From assembly GCA_012295275.1 (NCBI GenBank), contig CM022675.1, positions 620,001 to 684,000 on the forward strand: a stretch of 64,000 nucleotides of DNA. Reading direction: 5' to 3'. The notes beneath the pieces are model-generated. The model was given only the letters and a program-made list of their open reading frames with translations, was not told where the DNA came from and ran no database searches. Made by a program: the position numbers and the translations under genes. This stretch comes from Chrysomallon squamiferum (taxonomy: Eukaryota; Animalia; Mollusca). Positions 43,060 through 56,500 of this stretch are shown in pieces. The stretch's first letter is position 1; every line of letters starts with the position of its first letter.

Positions 43060-43473
43060 TGATGCGTGGTTTGACGCCAAGGATATCGCACCTGATGTTG
43101 CGGAGACATTAATTGATTATGTGGTTTCTACATGGGTAGACGATGACGCCAGATTTCCTCTGATTTGGTGGAACCAGCATCTGAACGCCGGCCCCAGAAC
43201 GAGCATTAATCTGGAGGGTTTTCATTCCAGAATGAACCGGTCAGTTCAACTTCACCATTCAAATATACACATATTTGTAGCATTGGTAAAAGCATTGACA
43301 GAACGTGATAAATTCAGACAGATAAACATTGGAGCTGCTCCACCTCCCCAAGAAAGAGAGTTTATAAACAGACGGAAAACAGACTCGTGATACTAAAAGC
43401 ACAGCGAACCCTTGGCTAGAAAACACCCATTCAGTTCTTGGATGTTGTTGGACATCTTTTAAAATTAGGATAA
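43060..43473 (+). mobile_element. MULE (Mutator-like) transposase C-terminal fragment, pseudogenised
   Basis: LIDYVVSTWVDDDARFPLIWWNQHLNAGPRTSINLEGFHSRMNRSVQLHHSNIHIFVALVK matches the MULE pattern YF..TW....FP...WN.....RTNN.LEGWH..LN.....HPNI..F. A frameshift and a stop follow. Confidence 0.85.
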
Positions 43474-45807
43474 AAATGCGTCAAATGGACTTGTAAAAAA
43501 ATCTATAAATAAATGTAATTTTATATGATTTTGTTCTGTGTTCTGTATTTAGTTGTATCAGACTATGCCCTTACATGTATTATTCAGCAGTATAAACATT
43601 TAACTCAAAAAAAAAAAAAATATATATATATATAAGTAGATATGAGGAAAGATAATGACGTACTTCGCAGTTCGCGATGGTTCAGTATTTGGCTGTTCAG
43701 CAAAGTATTTTTTATTTTTTTATTTTTTGTATAGTCGCAATATTTGATTGGTTATCATGATCCTACTTCAGAATGCGGGCGTTAGAGATTACGATTTTCT
43801 TCTTTTTTTTTAAATTTTTTATGGTCATTACTTGCCCTTCCCGTGTCAGTACGTTTTTGAACATTGTCTGTGTGGTAAGTCCAATCGGTCGTACATAAGA
43901 TAAATATATTCACTCATAAAAGTCAGACATGCTGAGGTATTCACGTTCATATTAAATATACAGAAATGCATATAGGTATATCCAGACAGAAAAAAAAAAA
44001 AAAAATGCAAATACATTCATAATCATACAGAGTACATACATTAACTGTAATTATCGTGAGCTGCAAAGGTAATAACAGAAAGGGTATGATCAAAAAAATT
44101 ATAGTGCCAGATTAATTACTTTATTGTTCACAACAAAAAGAAACAACCAAAAACTAATAATAAAAATAAAAATAAAATAATTTTACCATTATACAGAAGA
44201 ATTCAACCCTTTATATTTTGCGTTCACTTTACTACAGACAAAATAATTCAACCTTTCACATTTTATGAGTTCATTTTACCAGACACACAATTCAACACTT
44301 CACGTTAAGAAAAAAAAATAAAAATAATAATAATAATTAAAAAAAAAATTTTATAATACATTTTAGACTGGTTCACGACTCTGGCTATTCACTTGTGTCA
44401 GTCAGTGTGCGTAACCAAGATGCGGAAACAGTTTACTACTCTTTCGTCCAACAACGGCAGTCGAACTGCTCGATAATGATGATGACGATGTGTGTGTGAA
44501 TGTGTGTGAGATTAATTGTATATGCAGACATATATAAACGATTATATTAATTCATATTCAGCTGAAATGATTCCAACCAAATGCAAAAATGTATAAGACA
44601 AACCGTTTTGTAACATAAATAATATTTATTTCATTAATTTACAAACATGAATTATTACAGAATTTTATAAAAATTTATCAGTGTCATACATAAACAAAAT
44701 TAATTATTCTTCCAACAGTAATTAACAATAGTATAATGATTTAGCAAAAATAAGAAAGCAGAGGGGTTAACATTGTGAATACATTAGTGTAATGATTAGT
44801 GAAAATTGTTATATTAAACTCTGTTTGCCAAACAGTTGTGTGTTCTCATTTCCACAGATTTTCAAAAATAGTTTAATGTTATCAAAGTATGATAAATACA
44901 CACACATTGAAAAACACACAGACACACAGTACACTAAATTACATGTAATACATTAAATATTTATACATATGTACACATAAATTACTGATGACAAGAAACA
45001 AATAAAATCACATTCCTTTCAGTATACCTTAAATACTAATACAATTTTAACTTTTTAATAATAAATAAATAAATTTTATTAATAGTAACTGTAATTTAGT
45101 TAATGCAGATCTTGTTTGCAATAAAATTTTATCAGTACTGAAAAAAAAATAAAAATAATAAAATATAAATGGAATAAATTAAGGTTACCGGACTAAAAAA
45201 AATAATTTTAAAAATGACCTAGACGAAATTAATATTTAAATTGTATGACAAATTTCAGATGATTAGAACCTTTATACATGTTCAGAATTTGAATTTCACT
45301 TTTTACTGATTAATTCATTTTTTTTTCTTTATCTTAATAAACTTGACTTTCTTATTTTATATTTTATTTTATTATCGTATTACCTCTAAATTTACTTTAT
45401 TTTAATAAAAAAAAAAAAAAAAACATTACTAATCAAAAACAATTAAATTATTTTAAAAAAAAAAAAAACAAAAAAATATAAGAAAAAGATAAAAAAAAAA
45501 AAAAAAAAAAAAAAAGATAAATAATAAATAAAATGTTTTACATAAAACACCATAACAATAGTTTACATATTTCTGAGCTATGAAATTTTATATATTTATT
45601 TATTCATTTACTATCTGAGCTCGAAATTACACAGTGAAACCAGAGGATAGATTTAGGAATTAATAAAAGGGGTGAAAGACTTATTTTGCTGAATGCAGAT
45701 GCAAAATAACAAATGTTATTAAAGAGGTGTACAATTTTGTTTCATAAGAATTTCATATTTATTTTTCCTTTTGATGCGATTTGTTTAATGACTCAGTCTG
45801 TGAAGAT

Positions 45808-46004
45808 TTATTCCGACGCTATCCCAGAATCCGGCCGTACTTCCTGTTCTTGCTCCCCATCCTCTGAATTACTAATTTTGAAATTTAAAAAAAAAATAAT
45901 AATATTAAAAAAGTTTAAAAAAATAAACACATAAACAATTATTAATAAATCAGTATGGAGATAATAAAATAAAATATAATACTAATGATTAATTTATTAA
46001 CAAA

Positions 46005-46049
<45 letters not shown>

Positions 46050-48494
46050 CAAATAAAATAATAATAATAATGAATAAGTACACTGAAATAAAATTCATAC
46101 ATAAATAAGTAAATGTAAAAATAAAAAATAAAATAAAAATATACTTAATAAACAAACAAAAATACATATGTAAGCAGAGGCACAAAAACATTAAATACAT
46201 GATCTTTAACTAACAGTGTAGTAAAAATAATTGAAATAAAATGAATATTCACAAAAAAGGAAGAAGAAGCATCACATCACATACAACAGTTTTTTTGAAT
46301 CCACAAATAAAAATGAGATTTGTTTTCTAACATAACTTACTCAGAATCATCTGTATCTTCCTCACTGCTGTCAGTTTCACTATCATCATCATCATCGTCA
46401 TCATCATCATCATGATCACCATCACCTTCTTCATCATTGCTCCTTTTATCACCATCTTCAGTTCCAGATTCATCTTCATCTTCTGCTTCTGCTTCTTTTT
46501 CCTCATCTAAATAACACACACAAAGAAAAACAAAAAATGTTAACCCTTCAACCTTTCAAACTTCAACAGACACACAACAGTTCAACCCTTCATACTTTAT
46601 GTGTTTTCTGTAACATATACACAATTCAACCCTTTACATTTTATGTGTTCATTTTACCACACATGAAAATTCAACCCTTCACATTTTATGTGTTCACTTT
46701 AACATATACACAGTTCAACCCTTTATATTTTATGTGTTCATTTGAACATATACAACAATTCAATTTTCACATTTTATGTATTTATTTTACCACAGATACA
46801 CAACAATTCAATCCTCTACATTTTTCTGTTCACTTTGCCATATACAACAGTTCAATACTCACATTTCATGTGTTCACTTTAACATACACACAACAATTTA
46901 ACCCTTTATATTTTATGTGTTCACTTTCTAAACAGGTTTAAATTTATTACAAATTAAAATGTACTAATTATTATATAACACACATCACTAACATACTAGC
47001 AAATTTCAATTATAATACTACTACTACTTACTGTAAAAAAACAAAAAATGATTGACCTTCTATGCAAGCTTAATATTAATACAAATAAACTTTACTAACC
47101 TAATTTAATCTTCTCATCAATTAATGGCCGAAAGCTCAAAGCTTCGGAGTTGTTAGGTTCGTATATCAAGACTGAAACATTTACAGACATAAAAAAATAC
47201 TGTTAATTAGAAAACATTTCAGTTCAATGTTTTCATGAACGTTCAGCATGTGAAACCAAATAAACAAATTTTATATAATTTTTCGTTATGGAAGAAATAC
47301 TGTTTGCAGTTTCAACATATATATGTAATATATATATTACAGATATATTTATATATATAAATATATATATATATATAAATTTTTTATTAGCTTTCGGTAT
47401 ACAAAATATACTTTATACCAACATTTTGATTAATATAAAAAATAAAAAATAATTTCTTTTACATTAATACTTAAAAGATAGTTTCCAAGAATATTTAGAT
47501 ACCAAAAAAAAAAAAAAAAATGTTGCGATAATATTTTGGTACTCAAAAGTACAGTGTTGTTTTACAGAAATGTTTTAGTGATTCACTCACTCATTTTACA
47601 CAAAAAGTACAGTGTTGTTTTACAGAAATGTTTTAGTGATTCACTCGCTCATTTTACACAAAAAGTACAGTGTTGTTTTACAGAAATGTTTTAGTGATTC
47701 ACTCACTCATTTTACACAAAAAGTACAGTGTTGTTTTACAGAAATGTTTTAGTGATTCACTCACTCATTTTACACAAAAAGTACAGTGTTGTTTTACAGA
47801 AATGTTTTAGTGATTCACTCACTCATTTTACACAACTTCGCAGCTGTGTGAAAATCCTTGTTCATAACATTGACCAAAAACTGAAAAATAAATATATAAA
47901 TAAATAAGTGAGTAAACAAATAAATAAATAAATATATAAATAAATAACTATGTGAGTTAACAAATAAATAAATAAATAAATAAGTGAGTAAACAAATAAA
48001 TAATCAAATATATAAATAAATAAATAAATAATTAAGCACATATACAAATAAGTAAGTAACTAAGTAAGTTAGTAAATAAACAAACAAATAAACAAGTAAA
48101 TAAACAAATTAACAAACAAATAAACAAACAAATAAATTGCTATAAACTGTTGAAATAAACTACAATAAAGTTTTCCTTTTCTATTTTTTTCTTTTTCTTT
48201 CTCTTATTTTTTTTTTTTTTTTTTTATTATTTTCATTTTTTTTTTTTTTTTTTTTTTATTTACGTACTTATTTACTTATTCATATATCCTTTCTTTTTTA
48301 TTTTTATTGATTTTTTTTTTGTGTTCTCGCAATATAAACAAAAACAGAAATATGTAAAACAACTACATTTACAAAATACGCCCCAGTTATATACATAAAA
48401 CCACAAAAACACAAAATGTAATAAAACAATTTTAATAATACAAAGAACAAACCTCCAGTAACAATTCATTGGGAGCTTTTCGTGGTTCTTCTTC

Positions 48495-48539
<45 letters not shown>

Positions 48540-51055
48540 GTCATTTTCAGAGGGATGAATAACAACTTTGACAGTTTCATCAAATGTAACTCTACTTTTA
48601 GGACTGTCATTTAAAAAACAAGATAATTACAATAACTGTAATAATAAGAACAACAATACTACAACTACAACTATTACTACTATAATAATAATAATAACAA
48701 TCACAGTAATATTACTAATAACAATAAAAGCATTAATAAAAATAATAATAAATAATAACAGCAACAACAACAACATTACATAAATAAATAAAAATAAAAA
48801 TATAATAATAATAATAAAATAATAATTCAGAGTTAGACAGCTTTATTTTGTCTTATTGGTTTGTACAAGCAGCATAGTTACCTCTCTTGTTTTTTTTTTT
48901 TCTATTTGTACACATTTTAGTAAATTGTATGCTGACACAAAAATTTCCAAAAAGATGAATAAAAATGAAATTACCTTGATCTGTGAAGATTGGAAAATTC
49001 CTTATCATTGATTTCGATATCTCTAATAATTGGGCCAACTCTAGAAAGAAAGAGAAACATTTAGAAAATTATTTATTTTTGAACTTTTGTTGAGATGAGG
49101 AACAAAGGAATAGGTGGGGAAGGTGTGTGTGTGTGTGTGTGTGTGAGTATATATGTGTACATTTATGAGTATGTGCATGTTTAAGTGTAGTGATAATGTG
49201 TGTGATGCTTATTTTTGTGGACACAAATGTGACTTTGTGTCTGTGTGTGTGTGTGTTTGTGTGTACATGTATGAAAACCAATAATCAAACAAACAAATCA
49301 CTTATCAAGAAACCAACCAAAAAAAAAGAAATATGTGTATATATATATATTAAAGAGATGAAGAGTCAAATTAATAAAGCCAAACACTGACAGACAGACA
49401 GACAGACAGACAAGATGAACGTACGGCTGATCCTTTCTCTTAACGGCCTGTAAAGACACAAGTTTTGTTGGGGTGGGAGTACGTCGAGATGAACTGGGTG
49501 GTAACACAGGGCTGGAGATGGTGACATCAGGTAGAGACTGACTGAATACAAAAAATTTAAATAATTTCATGGCAGGTATTTTAATTTATTTTTGTTTTTA
49601 TTTTATTTTTATTTTTTATTTTTTATTTTTTTTTTTTTTTTTTTTATTTTTTGGGTTGTTGTTTTTCTTTAAATCAAATTTTCATTTTCAAATATTTTAT
49701 ATTGGATAGATAAGGATTTAATTTATTGTAACTATTACATACCTGTTTATTTTAAATTATTCTCAGATGCTGTGAATATTGTTCATACATCTTTACTTTT
49801 TAACTAGTGACAAACTTGCACCCCTGTGTATGTGTCTGTTTTATGTGTGTATGTTTTATGTGTGTATGTGTGTGTGTGTATTTTATGTGTATATGTGTAT
49901 GTGTGTATTTTATAAGTATGTGTGGATGTGTGTCTGTTTCTGTGTACATATCTATATAGTAAAAGGATGATTAAAAGCAGACAGACAAAGAGACACAGAA
50001 AAAGACAGACATACAGATAGATTAAGACAAACTCACAAGTGTCAGAATAAAAAAAGACTTGCCTATTGACTGTTGAATCATGTGAGTCATCTAAAAATGT
50101 AAGACAGACAATAAACATTTTCTTCAGTTACTGATCTTTGCAGTAATTTATAAAGGATTTTTTTTTTTTTTCATTGATGTATAATATTATATTTTTTGTT
50201 TATATAATAAATATTCCAATAGTTGTACATTTTTGAAAATTAACTCAAAAGTCCATATCCACAAAAATAGTTTAAAAGACTGAAATTGCACTTGCCTTCT
50301 AGGGACTCCAGACTTGTTAAGCTTGACTTCTTACAAATATTTTTACTGCAGCATTTGGAGCTGTATTATGTATGACAAAACATAACAGAGATTTAATATG
50401 ACAAAACTTAATGTAAATACACATATCAGAACACTTTAGGTAAACTTTATCAAATGTTTTAGATAATATAGAATAAATAATAATTTAAAACAATGTGCAT
50501 AGGATTATAACAATGATTATTAAGTAGTAAGTTGTATAAAAAAAAAAAAAAAAAAATTAAAACATTAACATTCTAAATTTGCATTATTATTATAAAATAA
50601 ATAAAGAGTTAGCGTTCTTGTTTAGATTAGTACATTTTCAGCATAATAATTTTCAAAACAATATCTGCAATTATTACAAGCAATACTAAGTCGAAATTTA
50701 CCTATTGTCTTTTTGTCCGATGCACATTTTACAGTCGAAGGCCATGTTCTTGCTACATGAAGGAACATTTGACATTATAGAAAAACACCTTTTAAACATC
50801 TATATGTGGTATTTCAATTCAATATTCTTAATCCATACTGAATTAATGTTGTGAGAATTTTGAAAGCGTTGATATTACAAATCGTTGGCATTTAACAACT
50901 TGAAAAGGCGTAAAATAAGTTTCTTCACTGCATACAAAATACAAATTTAAAAGGCCAATCTTAAAACATGTATGAAATGTTTCAAATCACGAAATATTAT
51001 TATGAAACATTAATATATACATCGCTCCATTTATTTCAATCATCCTGTCCACCAT
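45808..51055 (-). CDS. ERICH2: Glutamate-rich protein 2-like, 11 coding exons, ~290 aa
   Basis: Exons 51021-51055, 50702-50752, 50296-50360, 50063-50090, 49425-49541, 48975-49040, 48453-48603, 47823-47880, 47100-47171, 46341-46506 and 45808-45871 join in phase. The core APNELLLEFLVNVMNKDFHTAAKLCKMILIYEPNNSEALSF matches the ERICH2 motif APLELxAEFL..LCQMILIYEPENPEAKEF and is followed by a D/E-rich tail. The first four exons are less certain. Confidence 0.85.
46535..46930. repeat. ~40-bp degenerate minisatellite (ttcaaccctttacattttatgtgttca..)
   Basis: About 9 copies in ERICH2 intron 9, with related copies at 44195-44305. Confidence 0.8.
47545..47834 (-). repeat. 58-bp x5 tandem array copying the ERICH2 exon-8 donor
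   Basis: Unit aaaaagtacagtgttgttttacagaaatgttttagtgattcactcactcattttacac contains TGTGTAAAATGA|GTGAGT. Confidence 0.92.
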
Positions 51056-51330
51056 ATTGTTTGGATAGTTACCCCACCTGGATATAACCGCAGATTCGCT
51101 ACAAAATATTTCATCATTAGCATCATGTAGTCAAAATATCATCAAAATAATTATTTTTATGTAAATAGAAATATTTATTTTCCGCAATGCTCCATTAATT
51201 TATTAGGGTGCATTTAAAAATCAAATACGAAAATGACATTAGTGCAATAACAAGAGAAGGTCACTCGAGTAGTAAGAAGCACGCTCTTGTTTTGGTGTTT
51301 TGAGGAAATCACACGTTTTCCGTCTAAGGC
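51056..51330. promoter_or_regulatory. Probable bidirectional promoter of ERICH2-like and COX14-like genes
   Basis: Head-to-head gene arrangement and local CpG enrichment. The acceptor before the COX14-like ATG implies an untranslated first exon near here. Confidence 0.4.
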
Positions 51331-52574
51331 AAATGTCATTAATTTTTTGGATTTTTAAATTGTGTCCAGTGGTGTGCGATCGTATGTAGATTATTGCTGT
51401 GCATGTAAATGTCTGTTACAGAAAGCAAGTCAATAAGTATTGTGATTTAGTTTAGAGCAATTTAATATTTCGTACCATAAATTCTGTGCTTCTTTAACTA
51501 AAGAACCAAAGCTAACATAAAATAATTTTCGAATTGTAATTAAATATAATCCATTACCACTTCATAAAATGACTGAACACGTATTTTAGTTAATATTTTA
51601 CTATTTTAGGTCATTACATATAAATAATGGTGAAAACAGTAATAATAGTCCCTTTTATAAGTTTATTTTAAAAATTTATTCTGTATTTCTATTTATAATT
51701 AGCAGATTTAATTTGTTTTTTATTTAATTAAATATTGTTCTTTTAAAGTTATTTGACCGCAGTGCATGTTTTTAATATGTTATAATTAAGCAGATTCCAT
51801 TTCCATTTATATTTTCTTCACTTTTGACTTTGTGATATCTATAAAACGATAGAATGTCAATAACATTTTTACATCTCAATAATCTTTACAGGCTTTTATT
51901 TTGTTTTATTTTACTTGATTTTTTAAGTGTAGTTATTTTCTGTTAAGATACTTAAGACATTTCTCTACATGCTCAGAGTAAGTTATATTCACATTGTGAA
52001 CACACTTGTTACTGTATCAGAATATTTGCATAAGGGATTAAGTTGGGACTATTATTTCAGTTATCTCCCTTGAAACCATAATGTTGAGTTTATAATTCTT
52101 TTATGCTATTAACACATTTTGATTTTCTTCTTTCTTTTTTCTTTTCTTTTTTTTTTTTTTTTTTTTTTTTTTCTTCTAGTTTTTAAACCAAAAACATAAT
52201 ATTGTGATATATTACCACTGTGGTTTCTTAATTTTCCTTTATTTTTAGATTTTATTTATTTCATCTGTGACTGTTTTTCCACAGGATATTTCAGAATTTT
52301 TTTTTTTTTTTGGGGGTATCTAAATTTGAAGCTTGGTGATTTCTGTTTTGAAATTTTAAACATCATTGTTGTTAATTTATTATATTCAAAAATCAAAATG
52401 CAAAAACAAATTCAAACTTTTTCCAGAAAATATTCTCTATCTTAGTTTCTCTTGCATGCACACACAGAAACATACACATAGGTAATTTGTAAACCTATAA
52501 CTTTCACAGCATTACACACAGTAAAAGATTAGGTTTGTAGAGATTGTTTTTTTTTTTTTTCAGACTGAGTGAGA

Positions 52575-53514
52575 ATGAAGAACGTACAGAAACAAGCGTT
52601 GTACAACAAACTGCATCGAGGAATCGTCACCGGACTCGTGGGTTTGACTGTTCTCGGATCTGCTGTTATCATTCACAGGACGTATCTGTTCTTTACAGGT
52701 AGGCACTGGATTCTGATTAACTGCCAAAAAAAAAAAAAAATAATAATAATTAAAATATTCAGATCATTATAGTAGTAAAATGAAACTGATATGGAATTCC
52801 ACAAAAATCTAACAATGTCTGGAGATGTTTGATTTATGTGAATACATAAATTTCAGTAAATCATTTAAATGAAAACCGTATATCATGGTTTGTTATTTTC
52901 AACACAAGTATTCAGTGTGTAGTTTTTAAAGGTTTAAAAGGTATAATAACGAATTTACATTTGTCAAAGATTGTCTCAGACTTACCTGAACTTCCTAGAA
53001 AACTCCTCTTCCATTGTTTATAAACTTGAGTAAATCAAGCGCCCCTCTAAACTGAACTTTACTGCAATACTGTTACGTTTGGCAAAATTTCACTACTGTA
53101 CCAGTCTTCTCACATCAACACATTTTAAAACTAGTTAATCATTACTTATGATTATTACCAGACTCATTACATTACTTACAACTATTACCAGACACATTAC
53201 TTACAACTATTACAGGACTATTACTTACAACTATTACCAGACTATTACTTTATAAATATAATTCTGTATCGTCATAGAAACAGCCATTAATCATTATTTT
53301 ACTTTATTAATGTGTTGTTATATATTATCATTCTATTAAATGATTATTTAAATTAAAGAAAATTATTTGAGTGTTGATTGCATTTTCAGTGACGCTGCCA
53401 AAACGACGAGAGATGAGGAGGTTGATTGCAGAGGAGCAGCTGCAAATGGAACAAATTGAGCGGGAACAGGAACTTTTACGCCGACAACAGGAAGCTGAAA
53501 TGTTGCCATCTTAG
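52575..53514 (+). CDS. COX14: Small single-pass membrane protein, COX14-like cytochrome c oxidase assembly factor (82 aa)
   Basis: Exons 52575-52698 and 53390-53514 give MKNVQKQALYNKLHRGIVTGLVGLTVLGSAVIIHRTYLFFT|VTLPKRREMRRLIAEEQLQMEQIEREQELLRRQQEAEMLPS*. The TM helix followed by R.Y.FF..R..EE resembles COX14. A poly-T CAG acceptor lies at 52563. Confidence 0.65.
53140..53250. repeat. ~23-bp tandem repeat (attacttacaactattaccagact)
   Basis: 4-5 copies in the COX14-like intron. Confidence 0.75.
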
Positions 53515-56500
53515 ATCAGTGCATAGTCTACACAAACTGAGTTCAGTGTTTGAAAATTTTGACATTGTCCTAACTCAATCAGCTACGACAATTTTATAAC
53601 TTTCTTAGGTTATTTTTTTTAATTTATTTTTTATTTTATTATTATTTTTATTTATTTATTTTTTTTTTTCCTGAAGAATATTTTAGAAAATGTTTAACAA
53701 CAGGATATTATTCTCAGTGTGCACCTTAATACTTCACATTTCAGTTAGAACAAGTGGATTCAAGTTTGTATTCACTTGGGAAAATAAAGTATATAATAAT
53801 ATTTTTTGCTGGTAATTCATCTATTAACAGACACCTTAAGTAGATGGATTGTTAACTTCAGTAATCACAAAGATATTATTATTATTATTATTATTATTTT
53901 ATTTTTATTATTATTATGTATTATTCAATCAAAAAACAAAAATTCTACGCTGCCATTTCAGTGTATATTTTTTTTAAACAGATCATTTTGTACATAACTG
54001 GTTGAGTTACAACAGTAAAATATTTTCAAGGTTGATGTAATGTTTGAAAGATTTTTTTTTTTTTTTTTTTTTTGGAGACCGTATTTAAAAAAAAAAAAAA
54101 AGTATATATACACACACATGCACCTGTGTTGTGTTGAGACAAAAATTCTAAACATAAAAATCAGTAATCATGTTTTGCTGTTAATGTGGAATTAACATAT
54201 TTAGTCTGACGAACGAATATTAGTTAAATTGACAGATTATTAAATTTTATATTCTAATTTCACAGTAACAGAAATTAGAATAATTCTGATGAAAATGTGA
54301 TCAGCTTCGAAAATTAACAAACTTGCAATATGCTTTAAAAATGAAAAACATTTTTTTTTTTTTTTTTTTTTTTTTTTTCTCTCTGCATTTGGAGAAACTT
54401 GAAACTGGAGGTTTTTAGCTATAATTTGAGTGCCTGTCTGTAAGAGGTGTAAAGCAGAAAAAACTGAGTTTGGAATGTAATAAGTATTTAGACTGTATAT
54501 TACTGATTTGTATGTGTTTTTGTTAATTTGCTTTTTTCTCTTTTATATTTCTTAGTTTCTACCACATCCTTGTTTGTATCAGAAATTAAAATAAGGTATA
54601 AATCTGTACAAAGTGATATTGTAAAGTTGTATTGTCTTTTTTAAAAAAAAAACTTGCCTATATATTTAGCTTGAATAGGTTAAAATATATTTTACTGAGG
54701 CTTATGTTGAACTAAATTGTAATAATTACAACAGAATAACAATTTTTTGTCTTAATTTTTAAAAGAATTAATAATGTTTCAATCTAGGGTATTAAATTTA
54801 TTTATATATTAACAAATTGCTCTGTATTTTACTTGATATTATGCTAGAAGTATTAAATATTATTTATATTTTGAATTGCTATATATTTTTGTTTTCCAGT
54901 AATTTTAGGATATCAGTTCTTCAGAGGTGTAAATCAGCTTTCAAATATTGCATAATGTGTTTTATTTATTATTTTATTATTTTTTTATTTTTTTTTTTTT
55001 TTGCTATATGTATGTATCCTTTCTATTAACTTAGTTACAAAGTAAAATATATTAACTATTGAGACAAGGAAGGGTGTTGAAGTATGTTTCCAATGTACAT
55101 TTATAAAAAAAAAAATTTTTTTTTACTTACATATTGGTGTGAGAGAAATAAAAAATTCTAACCTTACAATGTTATTTGTCTATTAGTATTATAATTATTT
55201 ATATTTGTATTATTGTTATTATTACTCTCATACTAAGTTTTATTTTATTGATCATTTATTTATTTATTTTTTAATTAAAATTCTCAAAGAAATAGGTGGT
55301 ATATCTTATCATGAGATAAATCATGCTGATTTGAATTGTGCAATTGAAGTATTCTTAGGACAAAACTATTTATTGGATGTTTTTTAATGTTATTTTGAAC
55401 ATTAATGACATCACCGTGTCATTTCTACACATTCACAGCTTTGCCCCATTGTATTAAACATGCTGGTAAAACTAAAGGCAGGATTATCAATTTAAATTTG
55501 TTACAAAGCTTTTAAATTATCTATCTCTATGTGGTCCTTAACAACCTTCTTTGATACTACATAACCACAGAGAAAAAAATATCTTCGCAGTTTGTTAAAT
55601 AAAATAATTGTTTCAACAAAACACCTTAAATTACCAATTCAACAAACATTTTTTATTATTATTTTTTATTATTATTATTATTATTATAGACACATCCAGA
55701 CATCCAATACACATTTACCTAGATTAATTTCATCATTTATTTGAAGTGTAAACTACAGTTTTAAGTACTGAGCACAAACAACAAAGACAGGTGTTAAGAT
55801 TTTTTTGCCATTTATACATTTTTATTAAATTTCAGTGGCTTACACCACAGTTGCTTGTAGAAACTGTCTTCATTTAGAACAAGCCACAGTTCAACATTCA
55901 CAACACGTCTGTCAGTAACATCACTCCAGTCTCTCACAAAGACAGAAATCACAAACAAAAAACAATTAAAAATGTGGATTTTTGATCGAGATTCCTATTA
56001 AAATACATATTATATCACAAATTAACAAGGAGGCCCGCTAAAGGATACGACAAACACAAATTAACAAAATTATGAAGGCCTTCAAAAGGTGGTGTGATGG
56101 GATTTTTTTTTTGACAACTGGAAACATTAAATAAGCAATGAGGCCCAGGCTGGGTTTGTGATACAGAAAAGAAGTATTAAAGAGGCCTGGAGTGGGATGC
56201 ATTAAAAAAAGAAGCACATTTTATTTTTCACTTCTTAAAGTTGAATTTTAAATTCAAAGAATAAATACATTGATGTGCATACAGCTATATATACTTCATT
56301 TATATATATATATATATATGGAACTTTTTATTGTTTTAAGTTAAGTTTGAAAAATTAAGATGTAAGCAACATACTTGATAAACAAGACACTAATGAAGAT
56401 TTCCTAATTGAGGTGCTAATCCAGGTGATTTCTAAATTAAAAAATTAACAACCAAAGCAGGATCATCTTTCTTAGTTAACATCATTCTACTGGTGAATTA

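Noticed and set aside
50702-50799. ERICH2 start at ATG 50799 or 50775
   Set aside because: Possible, but a better acceptor at 50753 and a phase-matched upstream exon with AATATGG context (51055) were preferred
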